From: a virus
Taxonomy: Duplodnaviria > Caudoviricetes
DNA: 64,000 nt
Reading direction: 5' to 3' (one strand)
Virus record (IMG/VR): IMGVR_UViG_3300042888_002988
Location: 32,001-96,000 of that record
The notes beneath the pieces were generated by a model. The model searched no databases and had not been told where the DNA came from. It worked only from the letters and a program-made list of their open reading frames with translations. Numbering within the stretch: the stretch's first letter is position 1; every line of letters starts with the position of its first letter. Both the position numbers and the translations under genes were made by a program. Of the stretch, positions 37,525 to 45,470 are shown piece after piece.

Positions 37525-38310
37525 ATGATACAAGAATCCAAACGCAAATCAGACCTACTCGCACTACTGCTCACCCTCACCGGCAACAAGGGAATCACGC
37601 CTGACTCCGCCTTGCGCGGCGACCTCGACTTCGACTCGATGGACTTCGTCGAGCTGCTGAGCGAGATGGAGGAGCACTTCGACATCGACATTCCGGACTC
37701 GGCTGAGTTCGCCACCAATGAGAGCGCCACCGTCATGGACATCCTGCGCTTCCTCGACGACCACCTCGGACCTGAATACCCGGACGAGCACGGGCTGCTC
37801 AACCTGACCGACGAACAGTTCATCAACCGCTACATCCCGGAGACCGAAGAAGGCGGTGGATACTTCCGCCAGCGTGAGTGGAGCGACAGCCGGGAGGATC
37901 TGGTTGCCGCCGTCGAGAAGAAATGCTGCTGGACCGCTGCGAGCGATGACAACGGCGACTTCTGCATCGTGTGGGGTAACCGCACAGTGAACCGCCTCTA
38001 CAACATCATCACGAGCCATCCCATCGAGGACGAGGCGTGGGAGGTGCAGGTGCCGGAGGAGGTCGGCCCGCGTATCCTGTGTGACGTCGACTGGGACACT
38101 ACGGAAGGCAACGAGGACGGTGAGCGCCCGGAGGATCCGGATCTGCCGAAACAGGTCGTGGTGCGCCTCTACAACTTGGGCATGGGGGAGATGACGGACG
38201 ACGTCGCCGACACCATCGCCATCACCGACTACCTGTCCAACGAGTATGGGTTCTGCGTAAACTCATTCACCTGGCGGGCGCTGGCCGAGGGAGAGGAGGT
38301 AGAGTCGTGA
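37525..38310 (+). CDS. Acyl carrier protein-like domain fused to acidic phage domains
   Basis: ITPDSALRGDLDFDSMDFVELLSEMEEHFDIDIPD...TVMDI. Confidence 0.78.
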   Translation: MIQESKRKSDLLALLLTLTGNKGITPDSALRGDLDFDSMDFVELLSEMEEHFDIDIPDSAEFATNESATVMDILRFLDDHLGPEYPDEHGLLNLTDEQFINRYIPETEEGGGYFRQREWSDSREDLVAAVEKKCCWTAASDDNGDFCIVWGNRTVNRLYNIITSHPIEDEAWEVQVPEEVGPRILCDVDWDTTEGNEDGERPEDPDLPKQVVVRLYNLGMGEMTDDVADTIAITDYLSNEYGFCVNSFTWRALAEGEEVES

Positions 38311-38825
38311 GAGATGACGCACACGAACTGCTCAAGAGCGACCTGATGCGCATGGCGGAGCTGTTGGAGCGGCTGAGCGTGAATACGCTGCCGCCAGCAT
38401 CAAAAATCGCTGAATCATTCGCTACGTCGACGACGCGCGGAAACAAATCGCTGCTCGCGCTGTCCGCTGATAACATCCAGGTGACGCTGCAGATCGCGCA
38501 CGACATCCACGAGCACATTCGGATCGCCACCGATCCGCGCACGGAGATGGCCAGGTGCATCGGCATCTTCCGGGATGACGGTGGCACGGCCCTCGCCTAC
38601 GCGGTGGTGCTCTGCACCGGCGACGAGCTGAACCAGGGCCATCATTACGACATGGTGCGTGAATGGGCTGAAGATCATGCCGGCTACGACGTGGCAATAG
38701 GTGACCCTGTGGTGGACGATAATGACGGTGAGTTTAGCAGCTTCTCGACTTTCGAGTGGTCATCTATCTCCCCTCGTGATTGGCTTGTTTCGGCTCAGAT
38801 AAGGGCCACATTCCTACTCGAATGA
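38307..38825 (+). CDS. Hypothetical protein
   Basis: GGAGGT-N6-GTGA coupled start. Confidence 0.6.
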   Translation: MRDDAHELLKSDLMRMAELLERLSVNTLPPASKIAESFATSTTRGNKSLLALSADNIQVTLQIAHDIHEHIRIATDPRTEMARCIGIFRDDGGTALAYAVVLCTGDELNQGHHYDMVREWAEDHAGYDVAIGDPVVDDNDGEFSSFSTFEWSSISPRDWLVSAQIRATFLLE

Positions 38826-39307
38826 AAACTCCCCGCGAACCCGACCAACCAACCTCCGAGCCCTGCACCGCCGGGGATAACCTGACATTCATGATTGCCC
38901 GCTCGAAGCGCGGTGAGCCGATCTGGCAAACCAACCGCAAGGGCCGGCCGTTCATCATCGAGTCCAACGGCATCACCAAACGGAACCTGGGAGCGTTCTG
39001 GTGGTGGCCCTGGTGGCCGTCCACGATGCGTCGCTTGCCCAAGCCACACCTGACCTACAGCCAGGTGGCGGTGGCCAACGAGAAGTCCAAGCTGATCCTG
39101 CGTGCTCTCCGCAACGGTCCCATCTACTTAGAGAAGGGATTCCTGAAGGGGCGCGACAACAAGATCATCACCACGAAATCCATCTCCCGGATTGTCCTGC
39201 ACTGGCTGGAAGGCTGCGGCGTCGTGCTCAAGCGCACGCCAATGCGCGGCGGTCGGGTCATGCTGGACATCGACGTGGAGGAAACCAACAAGAACAATGT
39301 CCGATAA
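38822..39307 (+). CDS. Hypothetical basic protein
   Basis: ATGA overlap. Confidence 0.55.
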   Translation: MKTPREPDQPTSEPCTAGDNLTFMIARSKRGEPIWQTNRKGRPFIIESNGITKRNLGAFWWWPWWPSTMRRLPKPHLTYSQVAVANEKSKLILRALRNGPIYLEKGFLKGRDNKIITTKSISRIVLHWLEGCGVVLKRTPMRGGRVMLDIDVEETNKNNVR

Positions 39308-39319
39308 ACCACCAACATC

Positions 39320-39505
39320 ATGATCAACAGAGAAGTCGTAGCCGAAGCCTTGTATACCGCCTATTGCGCCGCAGTCGGCGGAGTCGCCTTCAACGGTGAC
39401 CCGCTACCTGACTGGGCCACCTTCGCCGCCGATCCGACGAAGGAGAAACAATCGAACGCGTGGTTGGCAGCCGCTGATCGCGCCATGGAACTCCTGATGC
39501 CGTGA
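39320..39505 (+). CDS. Small conserved phage protein
   Basis: A..LY.AYC..VGG.AFNGDPLP.W..F motif. Confidence 0.7.
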   Translation: MINREVVAEALYTAYCAAVGGVAFNGDPLPDWATFAADPTKEKQSNAWLAAADRAMELLMP

Positions 39506-39960
39506 ACGACCACCCACCGGTTCTGTTCCTGGATGTTGACGGCGTGCTCAACCGGTGCGGCGCTTCGAACCAGGGGCTCGAGACGGACAAGTGTGACCGC
39601 CTGGCGAACCTGTGCCGGCTCACCGGCTGCAGGGTCGTGGTGAGTTCGACATGGCGCAAGAAGGAGCACCAGATGGATCGCCTCCTGGGACTGTTCCGAA
39701 GCCGTGGAATCGTTTGCATCGGGCAGACGCCAGAGCTGGTGGCAGAGCGCAAGCTGCTGGACGGCTTTATGCTCTACACCGCGAAGCCACGCCGGGACGA
39801 GATTCGGGCATGGCTCGACGCACACCCCCGCGTGGCCCGCTACGCCATACTGGACGATGACCCAGGCGCAGATGACAACACCGGTCGCTTTGTGCGGACC
39901 AATTCGGATGATGGGCTGCAGGACAGCCACGTCGCTAAGCTACAACAACTTTTAAGGTGA
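39502..39960 (+). CDS. HAD-domain protein (Swiss Army Knife RNA-repair-like)
   Basis: LFLDVDGVLN, VVVSSTWR, R.DEI.AWL, YAILDDD. Confidence 0.88.
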   Translation: MNDHPPVLFLDVDGVLNRCGASNQGLETDKCDRLANLCRLTGCRVVVSSTWRKKEHQMDRLLGLFRSRGIVCIGQTPELVAERKLLDGFMLYTAKPRRDEIRAWLDAHPRVARYAILDDDPGADDNTGRFVRTNSDDGLQDSHVAKLQQLLR

Positions 39961-40041
39961 GCCTGTGGCCCGCCTATAGGTGATAGATAATAGAGTAATA
40001 AATAAAACAACCAACGCTATTAAATAGGAAATACCACAACA

Positions 40042-40515
40042 ATGGAAGAGAACAGCAAACCCGAACCAACCGACAGCAAACCACATAAGAAGACCAAATC
40101 CTACAGGACCCTGGTTGCCGATGAGAAGACCTTGGTGATAGCGTGGATGAGAGACCACGCAGAGGAGCTTCACGACAAAACCGCGAAGCAACTCATGACT
40201 TTGGTATCGGACGGCGTTGGATTCCCTGTGTCGGACAGCACCATGCCTTTCCTCTGCGACAACGCCGGCGTCAGGCTCAAGGTCAGGCCGAAGCGGGTTA
40301 AGAAGCCAGAGCCAGAGCCGGAACCCGAGCCACCGACGCTTGAAAATCTCGCCGAGCGCCTCGACCGCCTTGAAACGGCCATCACCGCCTACAGATCAGA
40401 GACGGTGCAGGCCACCTCTCGACTGGTCGCTGAGAACCAGCGGCTGAACACTGAGAACCAGCAGCTGAAAGCACCGTTGCTGCCGTTCGACGAGCCAGGG
40501 AAGGCCGCCAGCTGA
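40042..40515 (+). CDS. Hypothetical HTH/coiled-coil protein
   Basis: AT-rich upstream gap; (EP)n linker; C-terminal coiled coil. Confidence 0.6.
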   Translation: MEENSKPEPTDSKPHKKTKSYRTLVADEKTLVIAWMRDHAEELHDKTAKQLMTLVSDGVGFPVSDSTMPFLCDNAGVRLKVRPKRVKKPEPEPEPEPPTLENLAERLDRLETAITAYRSETVQATSRLVAENQRLNTENQQLKAPLLPFDEPGKAAS

Positions 40516-40521
40516 TACGAC

Positions 40522-40550
40522 TCGCCAACGGCCGGCGTCGGGTGTAGATT
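40522..40550 (+). promoter_or_regulatory. Putative leaderless sigma70-like promoter for the RNAP fragment
   Basis: TCGCCA-17-TAGATT-6-ATG. Confidence 0.5.
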
Positions 40551-40556
40551 CGCCGC

Positions 40557-41708
40557 ATGACGACAATCCCGACGACCGGCCCGGAAGCCATCCTGGCCTA
40601 CCTGCAGTCCATGGACATCGACGCCTTGGAGCAAGAGCAGCGCGCCGCAATCGCTTCCGGCAGCAAGACCAAGCGCAGCCGGGCGGTGCGCCTGCTCAAC
40701 GCCGTCCAGGGCCTGCGGGTCAACGAGCTGACGCCGGCCGACCTGATGCTCAATTCGGTACCGGTGATTCCGCCGAAGTTCCGACCGTTCTCCGTCACTG
40801 GCAACACGTTCCTCCCGGGCGACTCGAACGAGGTGTATCGCGACCTGCTGGAGTATCGCCGCCTCTATCAGGACACCGAGAAGTCGATGGGCAAGGACGG
40901 CGCGTCCGAGGCCTACATGGACCTGGCGCGCGCAACCAGGGCTGCCTACGGCTACGGCGACAGCCCGAACCCCAAGACGCGGGCGCGGCAAGTGAAGGGG
41001 TTCTTCAAAATGGTTACCGGCACCAATCCCAAGACGTCCTTCTACCAGCAGAAGATGCTGTCCAAGCCGGTGGACAGCGTCGGCCGCGGCGTCATCGTGC
41101 CTGACGCCGACCTGGGCATGGATGACGTCGGGCTGCCCGAGGAAATGGCGTGGAAGCTGTTCGGCAACTACGTCCAGCGCAGCCTGGTTCGCTCCGGCAT
41201 GCCGGCCGCCGCTGCGCTGAAGCACCTGACAGAGCGCACGCCAATGGCCCGCAAGGCTCTGGACTACGAGATGTCCACCGAACTCGACAAGAACGGGCGC
41301 ATGGTCCCGCGCCGGCCCGTGGTGATCACCCGGTCGCCCGCATGGCACCGCACCAACACGATCGGCCAGCGTGCCCGCATTGTCGACGGCGACGCGATCC
41401 GCGTGAACACCTTCATCACTGAGGGTGCCAACGCGGACTTCGACGGCGACACGATGTCGGTTCACGTCCCGACCACCGACGAGGCGGTCAAGGATGTCAG
41501 GGAAAAAATGATGGCTTCCAGAATGCTGTGGTCGATCAAGGACCGCAGCAAGACGATGGCCAACCCCAAGCACGAGCAGATCTTGGGCCTCAGCATGGGC
41601 CAGCTGCCGGGAGGCAAGCGGCACAAGTTCGGGAACGACGACGACGCCATGGCCGCCATCGAGCGCGGCGAAGTGGACCTGAATGACGATATCGAAATCA
41701 CCAAATGA
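40557..41708 (+). CDS. rpoC: RNA polymerase beta-prime, catalytic middle fragment
   Basis: GPEAI..YL..MD, MLNSVPVIPPKFRP, K.VD.VGRGVIVPD..L..D.VGLP, TRSPAWHR, NADFDGDTMSVHVP. Confidence 0.93.
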   Translation: MTTIPTTGPEAILAYLQSMDIDALEQEQRAAIASGSKTKRSRAVRLLNAVQGLRVNELTPADLMLNSVPVIPPKFRPFSVTGNTFLPGDSNEVYRDLLEYRRLYQDTEKSMGKDGASEAYMDLARATRAAYGYGDSPNPKTRARQVKGFFKMVTGTNPKTSFYQQKMLSKPVDSVGRGVIVPDADLGMDDVGLPEEMAWKLFGNYVQRSLVRSGMPAAAALKHLTERTPMARKALDYEMSTELDKNGRMVPRRPVVITRSPAWHRTNTIGQRARIVDGDAIRVNTFITEGANADFDGDTMSVHVPTTDEAVKDVREKMMASRMLWSIKDRSKTMANPKHEQILGLSMGQLPGGKRHKFGNDDDAMAAIERGEVDLNDDIEITK

Positions 41709-42445
41709 GCCGATTACCTAATAAAAAAATCACCACCACCATCCCAGGCGTGAAATTCTGGCACAAGATGCCGCTCAACGACGGAACTTTCACGGACGGT
41801 GATAAAGACGTATTAGATTCATGCCAAGACCATTTGTGGTCGAGCTTGAATCTAAAGGGCAGCACTGTGTTGGACGCAGGCTGCTGGGACGGAGGGTTCT
41901 CGTTCTTGGCGGAGAAAGCCGGCGCAACACGGGTGGTGTCTATGGACAGGGCCGATACCAGAGGTGGAATTCCTGGGACGTCTGGTTATCACTTCCTGCA
42001 CGCCCATTACGCCAGCAAGTGCGAATACCTTGATCACAACATTTACACTTGCCACGAGGTGTTGCGCGAGCGGGAGTTCGATGTGGTCTTGGGGTATGGC
42101 ATTCTCTACCATATGAGCGATCCGCTACTATCGTTGCGCAACCTGTTTCGAGTGTGCGATAAACAGATCGTGTTCGAGGGAGTTTGGTATCGAAGCCAGA
42201 CACCACTGCTACACTTCAAGCTGTCAAAAAATATCCGCGGTGCTAAATCGGACAAATCGTTCGTGTATGCGCCGTCGATCGGATTCATGAAGGATGTGGC
42301 GGCGATCTACGGCTTCAAGCTTGCAGGCACACATTATGGTGCGCGGCGACAATCAGATAATAAATACATCCGCGGGTCATTGCTGTTCGAACGCTTCAGC
42401 TCTGCCGAGCAGGTGACGATACCCGACCGAGTGTTCCCCGTTTAA
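41705..42445 (+). CDS. Class I SAM-dependent methyltransferase (CmoB/DUF1698-like)
   Basis: TVLDAGCWDGGFSF.AEKAGA.RV, FDVVL..GILYHM.DP. Confidence 0.85.
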   Translation: MSRLPNKKITTTIPGVKFWHKMPLNDGTFTDGDKDVLDSCQDHLWSSLNLKGSTVLDAGCWDGGFSFLAEKAGATRVVSMDRADTRGGIPGTSGYHFLHAHYASKCEYLDHNIYTCHEVLREREFDVVLGYGILYHMSDPLLSLRNLFRVCDKQIVFEGVWYRSQTPLLHFKLSKNIRGAKSDKSFVYAPSIGFMKDVAAIYGFKLAGTHYGARRQSDNKYIRGSLLFERFSSAEQVTIPDRVFPV

Positions 42446-42741
42446 TGTACTACAGCCCAGCGCGCGAGGAACTACACGAATATGAATCAGCAACCCATAC
42501 CCACATGCCCATCGCAAGACTTTCCACCAAGCCATGGTGGCGCGGTATCGCCCCAGGTGATACCGTCCACTATTCGACCCAGCACGGCAGCCCAGGTAAA
42601 GGCCGGGTCGTCATGAGTCTGCCGACCCACGTCGTGCTCAACATCGGCGGCCGGCATGGCACACCCAAGCTCGTCGACGAGAACAACTACATGAGCCACA
42701 AGTCGATGCCGACGCCTAAGCCCCGAAAGAAGAAGTCATGA
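42445..42741 (+). CDS. Small SH3-like hypothetical protein
   Basis: I.PGDTV...GKGRVVM...HVVLNIGG. Confidence 0.55.
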   Translation: MYYSPAREELHEYESATHTHMPIARLSTKPWWRGIAPGDTVHYSTQHGSPGKGRVVMSLPTHVVLNIGGRHGTPKLVDENNYMSHKSMPTPKPRKKKS

Positions 42742-42935
42742 GACCTACGTCTAACCCTATGAAAACCATCCTGCGAGTCTTACTGAAGCTGATCAAGTGG
42801 CCCGTCAGGTCTGCTTGTGTCATCCGCCGCCGGGCTTATGACTTGCTGGGCATCCGTAACGGCCGTGGCGTGCACATCCTCACGGTCAACGGGCAGCCTC
42901 TTGGATTCACAAGCTCACCCCCGCCGCGCCCATGA
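42738..42935 (+). CDS. Small basic protein
   Basis: ATGA overlap. Confidence 0.5.
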   Translation: MRPTSNPMKTILRVLLKLIKWPVRSACVIRRRAYDLLGIRNGRGVHILTVNGQPLGFTSSPPPRP

Positions 42936-43195
42936 GGCGGAGAGGATTCCTGAAAGGCCTGATCGGCGGCATTGTCGCCGGTCCGGCCGCCTTGCAAGCG
43001 ATCGTTACCCAAGCTGCTCCGGTTGCCGTCGTGGCCCCGATCCCCGTGGAGGCCGCCGTGGTCTCGACCGTCGCCCAGCTGGACATCCGTGCCATCCTGA
43101 CGGCGAACATGCTGCGTGACATCCAATACGAAGAGGACAGACTTTTCCTTGAGCGCGTAGGCGCTATGACCCAACACCACTATGAACCGTCGTAA
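42932..43195 (+). CDS. Small protein with Tat-like signal
   Basis: MRRRGFLKGLIGGIVAGPAALQA. Confidence 0.6.
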   Translation: MRRRGFLKGLIGGIVAGPAALQAIVTQAAPVAVVAPIPVEAAVVSTVAQLDIRAILTANMLRDIQYEEDRLFLERVGAMTQHHYEPS

Positions 43196-43820
43196 TTTCA
43201 TCCAAACCGTCGGCGCGACCATGTCCGCCTCCCTACTCCCTGTCTCTGGTGCCAACCTGCAGGCGCTGAAGCCGAAGCAGCCCAACATCCCCATGGAGAT
43301 GTATCGCCACTGGCACCCCGGGGTGATCCTCAAGCGCGTCGTTGAGCTGGCGCAAGAACATCCCGACGGCTGGCTGTCAGCCCACAGCTACCGGAAGATT
43401 CAGGGCGGCGACGGTTGGTGCGCCATCAGTGGCGGCTCCAGCACAGCCAGCATGCTGCGGGACATAGGGTCCACGATGGAGGACATTGCTGCCGTCGTAG
43501 GGATCCCAGAGTGCCTCCGCGGCGCCGATTTGTCGCAGATCGATCCGGCGGTGCAGCTGCACCACATCACCCGCGGACAGAGCATCCACGAGCACGTCTA
43601 CCCAGGCGAGACGCATATCTACTGGACTGTCGGCGGCCCATTCCTCGTGCTCTGCTACGTCCTACCTGACAAAAGTCGATTCATCTTCAAGGTGGGCGAG
43701 CGCGGAGATGACCAGCACAAGCTGCGACTGGATACCCCGGAGCACCAGCTTGAGTGGGTGGACGCCTACCGGGTCGAACTGCGTGGCACCTTGGCCGAAA
43801 TGGCCCTGAACTACCCGTAA
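43182..43820 (+). CDS. Protein with Tat-like signal
   Basis: MNRRNFIQTVGATMSASLLPVSGA. Confidence 0.6.
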   Translation: MNRRNFIQTVGATMSASLLPVSGANLQALKPKQPNIPMEMYRHWHPGVILKRVVELAQEHPDGWLSAHSYRKIQGGDGWCAISGGSSTASMLRDIGSTMEDIAAVVGIPECLRGADLSQIDPAVQLHHITRGQSIHEHVYPGETHIYWTVGGPFLVLCYVLPDKSRFIFKVGERGDDQHKLRLDTPEHQLEWVDAYRVELRGTLAEMALNYP

Positions 43821-43881
43821 GTGAAGATTGCCAAACCTGGCGACGCGTTCTACCGTGCGGAGCACTCACTGCAAACCGCAC

Positions 43882-44175
43882 ATGAACAGAACATCACGCC
43901 AACTGCTTTCCAAGACCGCTGAGGTCTTGAACCGCCACGTCGCCGAGGGTAGCCCCCTCGGTAAGGAACTCGCTGCCGGCTCGGAAGTCGGACGAACCAC
44001 GGTAGTTGCCATCAACGAGATCCTCCGCGAAGCCGCGGAAGGCGCCACCCTGGTGTGCGCCACGGAAGTCGATGGCACCCTGCTGGGCTTTGTCGCCCGT
44101 GCCGACGTGACGCTTCCCTCGCTGGTCCCGCCTCCCCCGATGCAGGTCCCGCCGAGCCCCGAAGACGTGAAGTGA
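43882..44175 (+). CDS. Hypothetical protein
   Basis: AC-rich leader; ATG 43882. Confidence 0.55.
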   Translation: MNRTSRQLLSKTAEVLNRHVAEGSPLGKELAAGSEVGRTTVVAINEILREAAEGATLVCATEVDGTLLGFVARADVTLPSLVPPPPMQVPPSPEDVK

Positions 44176-44263
44176 AATTTTCCCGCACAGAGTGAGCGGA
44201 AATCCCGATACATTGAGAGGCGCCACAAAACGAGCGTAGAAAGAGGATTATCACACACACTCT

Positions 44264-44295
44264 TCCGGTCCCTTTCACGAGGGGCCGGATTTTTT
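44264..44295 (+). terminator. Intrinsic terminator ending the early array
   Basis: TCCGGTCCCT-TTCACG-AGGGGCCGGA followed by T6. Confidence 0.75.
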
Positions 44296-44379
44296 ACCTC
44301 CAGCGGAGCGGTGTGTTTCTACTCGACTACGGGGCTGTGTGCATTAAGATACGGGCGTCCTTCACGCGGAACCTGACCT

Positions 44380-45429
44380 ATGCCCACCATCACTTTAGAG
44401 CCCGGCGGCGCACGTCCGCCCACACCCGAGGAACAGGGTTTCATTCGCTCCGCCATTGGCGTGTCTACCCTATACCGTAGTCAGGCCGCTGGAGTTCCCA
44501 CGCCACTCGATCCCGTGCCACAGTCCGTGGGGCAGTGGCTGCGGCGCGAGACTGCGGTTGTCGGGGAGTATCAATGGTACCAGTGGAACGGCACTGCGTG
44601 GGTGTTTGTTCGGCTAGACAATGCATCACCGGGTGGCGGGCCCGAGGTATTGACGCGTGCCGCCAACGCCGCGTATTACGCTTTCGCCGGTCACACATCA
44701 CTGACCGTTACAGGGATCGGCGGCGCGGGGACGCTGACCCTGGCGCCGGATGGCGCAGGATGGACTGACGGAGATTTTACGATCGGTTTGGAGCATTACG
44801 GAAGTTCGCGCTACAGATTTAGGCTCGAGAATCTCGCATTGGATGTCGCCGGTTACTCCGTGGAATTGACTAGCGGATCTCCGTCGCCAGTCGGACTGGA
44901 ATTCACGCTGAGCAACGGGACAGGAAGGGTAGTTGTCAGCGGCAACGTAAACGCCAACGTCATTCAAATCTTCCCGCCCGGCAGCGACGTCGGGCAACTG
45001 CTCTACGTTTCCAACGAAGTTGGTCCCGGCTCCTGGTATCAGTGGGACGGCACTACGTGGTATTACGTCCGCACCGATGACGAGGTGCCGACTGTCGGCC
45101 CCTACAAGCAAAAGGTATTGGAGGCCCCATGGAATTCCGCCTCCCCTTGCATCCTCAGTCGCGCGCGAGGTGAGTCGCAAGTCGGCACGACAAGCTCCAA
45201 TGTTTTACTGGGACTTCCAACCGACATGCTGGACGGGCAAACTCTGCTGCTGGACATCATCGCGTCCGCCGCGATAACGCTGAATTTCACCGGCTATCAG
45301 ATGCCTGCCGCGGTGTCCGGTCTCTTGCCGCTGTCCATCGCCTCCAATCGCGCTGTTCGCGTCACCATCCTACGGATTGGTGGACGTTTCTGGGTGCGCG
45401 GCATTGATGGTCCGATCAACCTCACCTAA
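44380..45429 (+). CDS. Tail fibre/virion appendage-like protein
   Basis: Beta-rich, G/T/S-rich; duplicated WYQW[ND]GT.W..VR.D motif; C-terminal LP.D..DGQT..L domain. Confidence 0.55.
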   Translation: MPTITLEPGGARPPTPEEQGFIRSAIGVSTLYRSQAAGVPTPLDPVPQSVGQWLRRETAVVGEYQWYQWNGTAWVFVRLDNASPGGGPEVLTRAANAAYYAFAGHTSLTVTGIGGAGTLTLAPDGAGWTDGDFTIGLEHYGSSRYRFRLENLALDVAGYSVELTSGSPSPVGLEFTLSNGTGRVVVSGNVNANVIQIFPPGSDVGQLLYVSNEVGPGSWYQWDGTTWYYVRTDDEVPTVGPYKQKVLEAPWNSASPCILSRARGESQVGTTSSNVLLGLPTDMLDGQTLLLDIIASAAITLNFTGYQMPAAVSGLLPLSIASNRAVRVTILRIGGRFWVRGIDGPINLT

Positions 45430-45470
45430 TCACGACCACCGTGCGACCGTCCGCCGTATACGCCAGGAAC

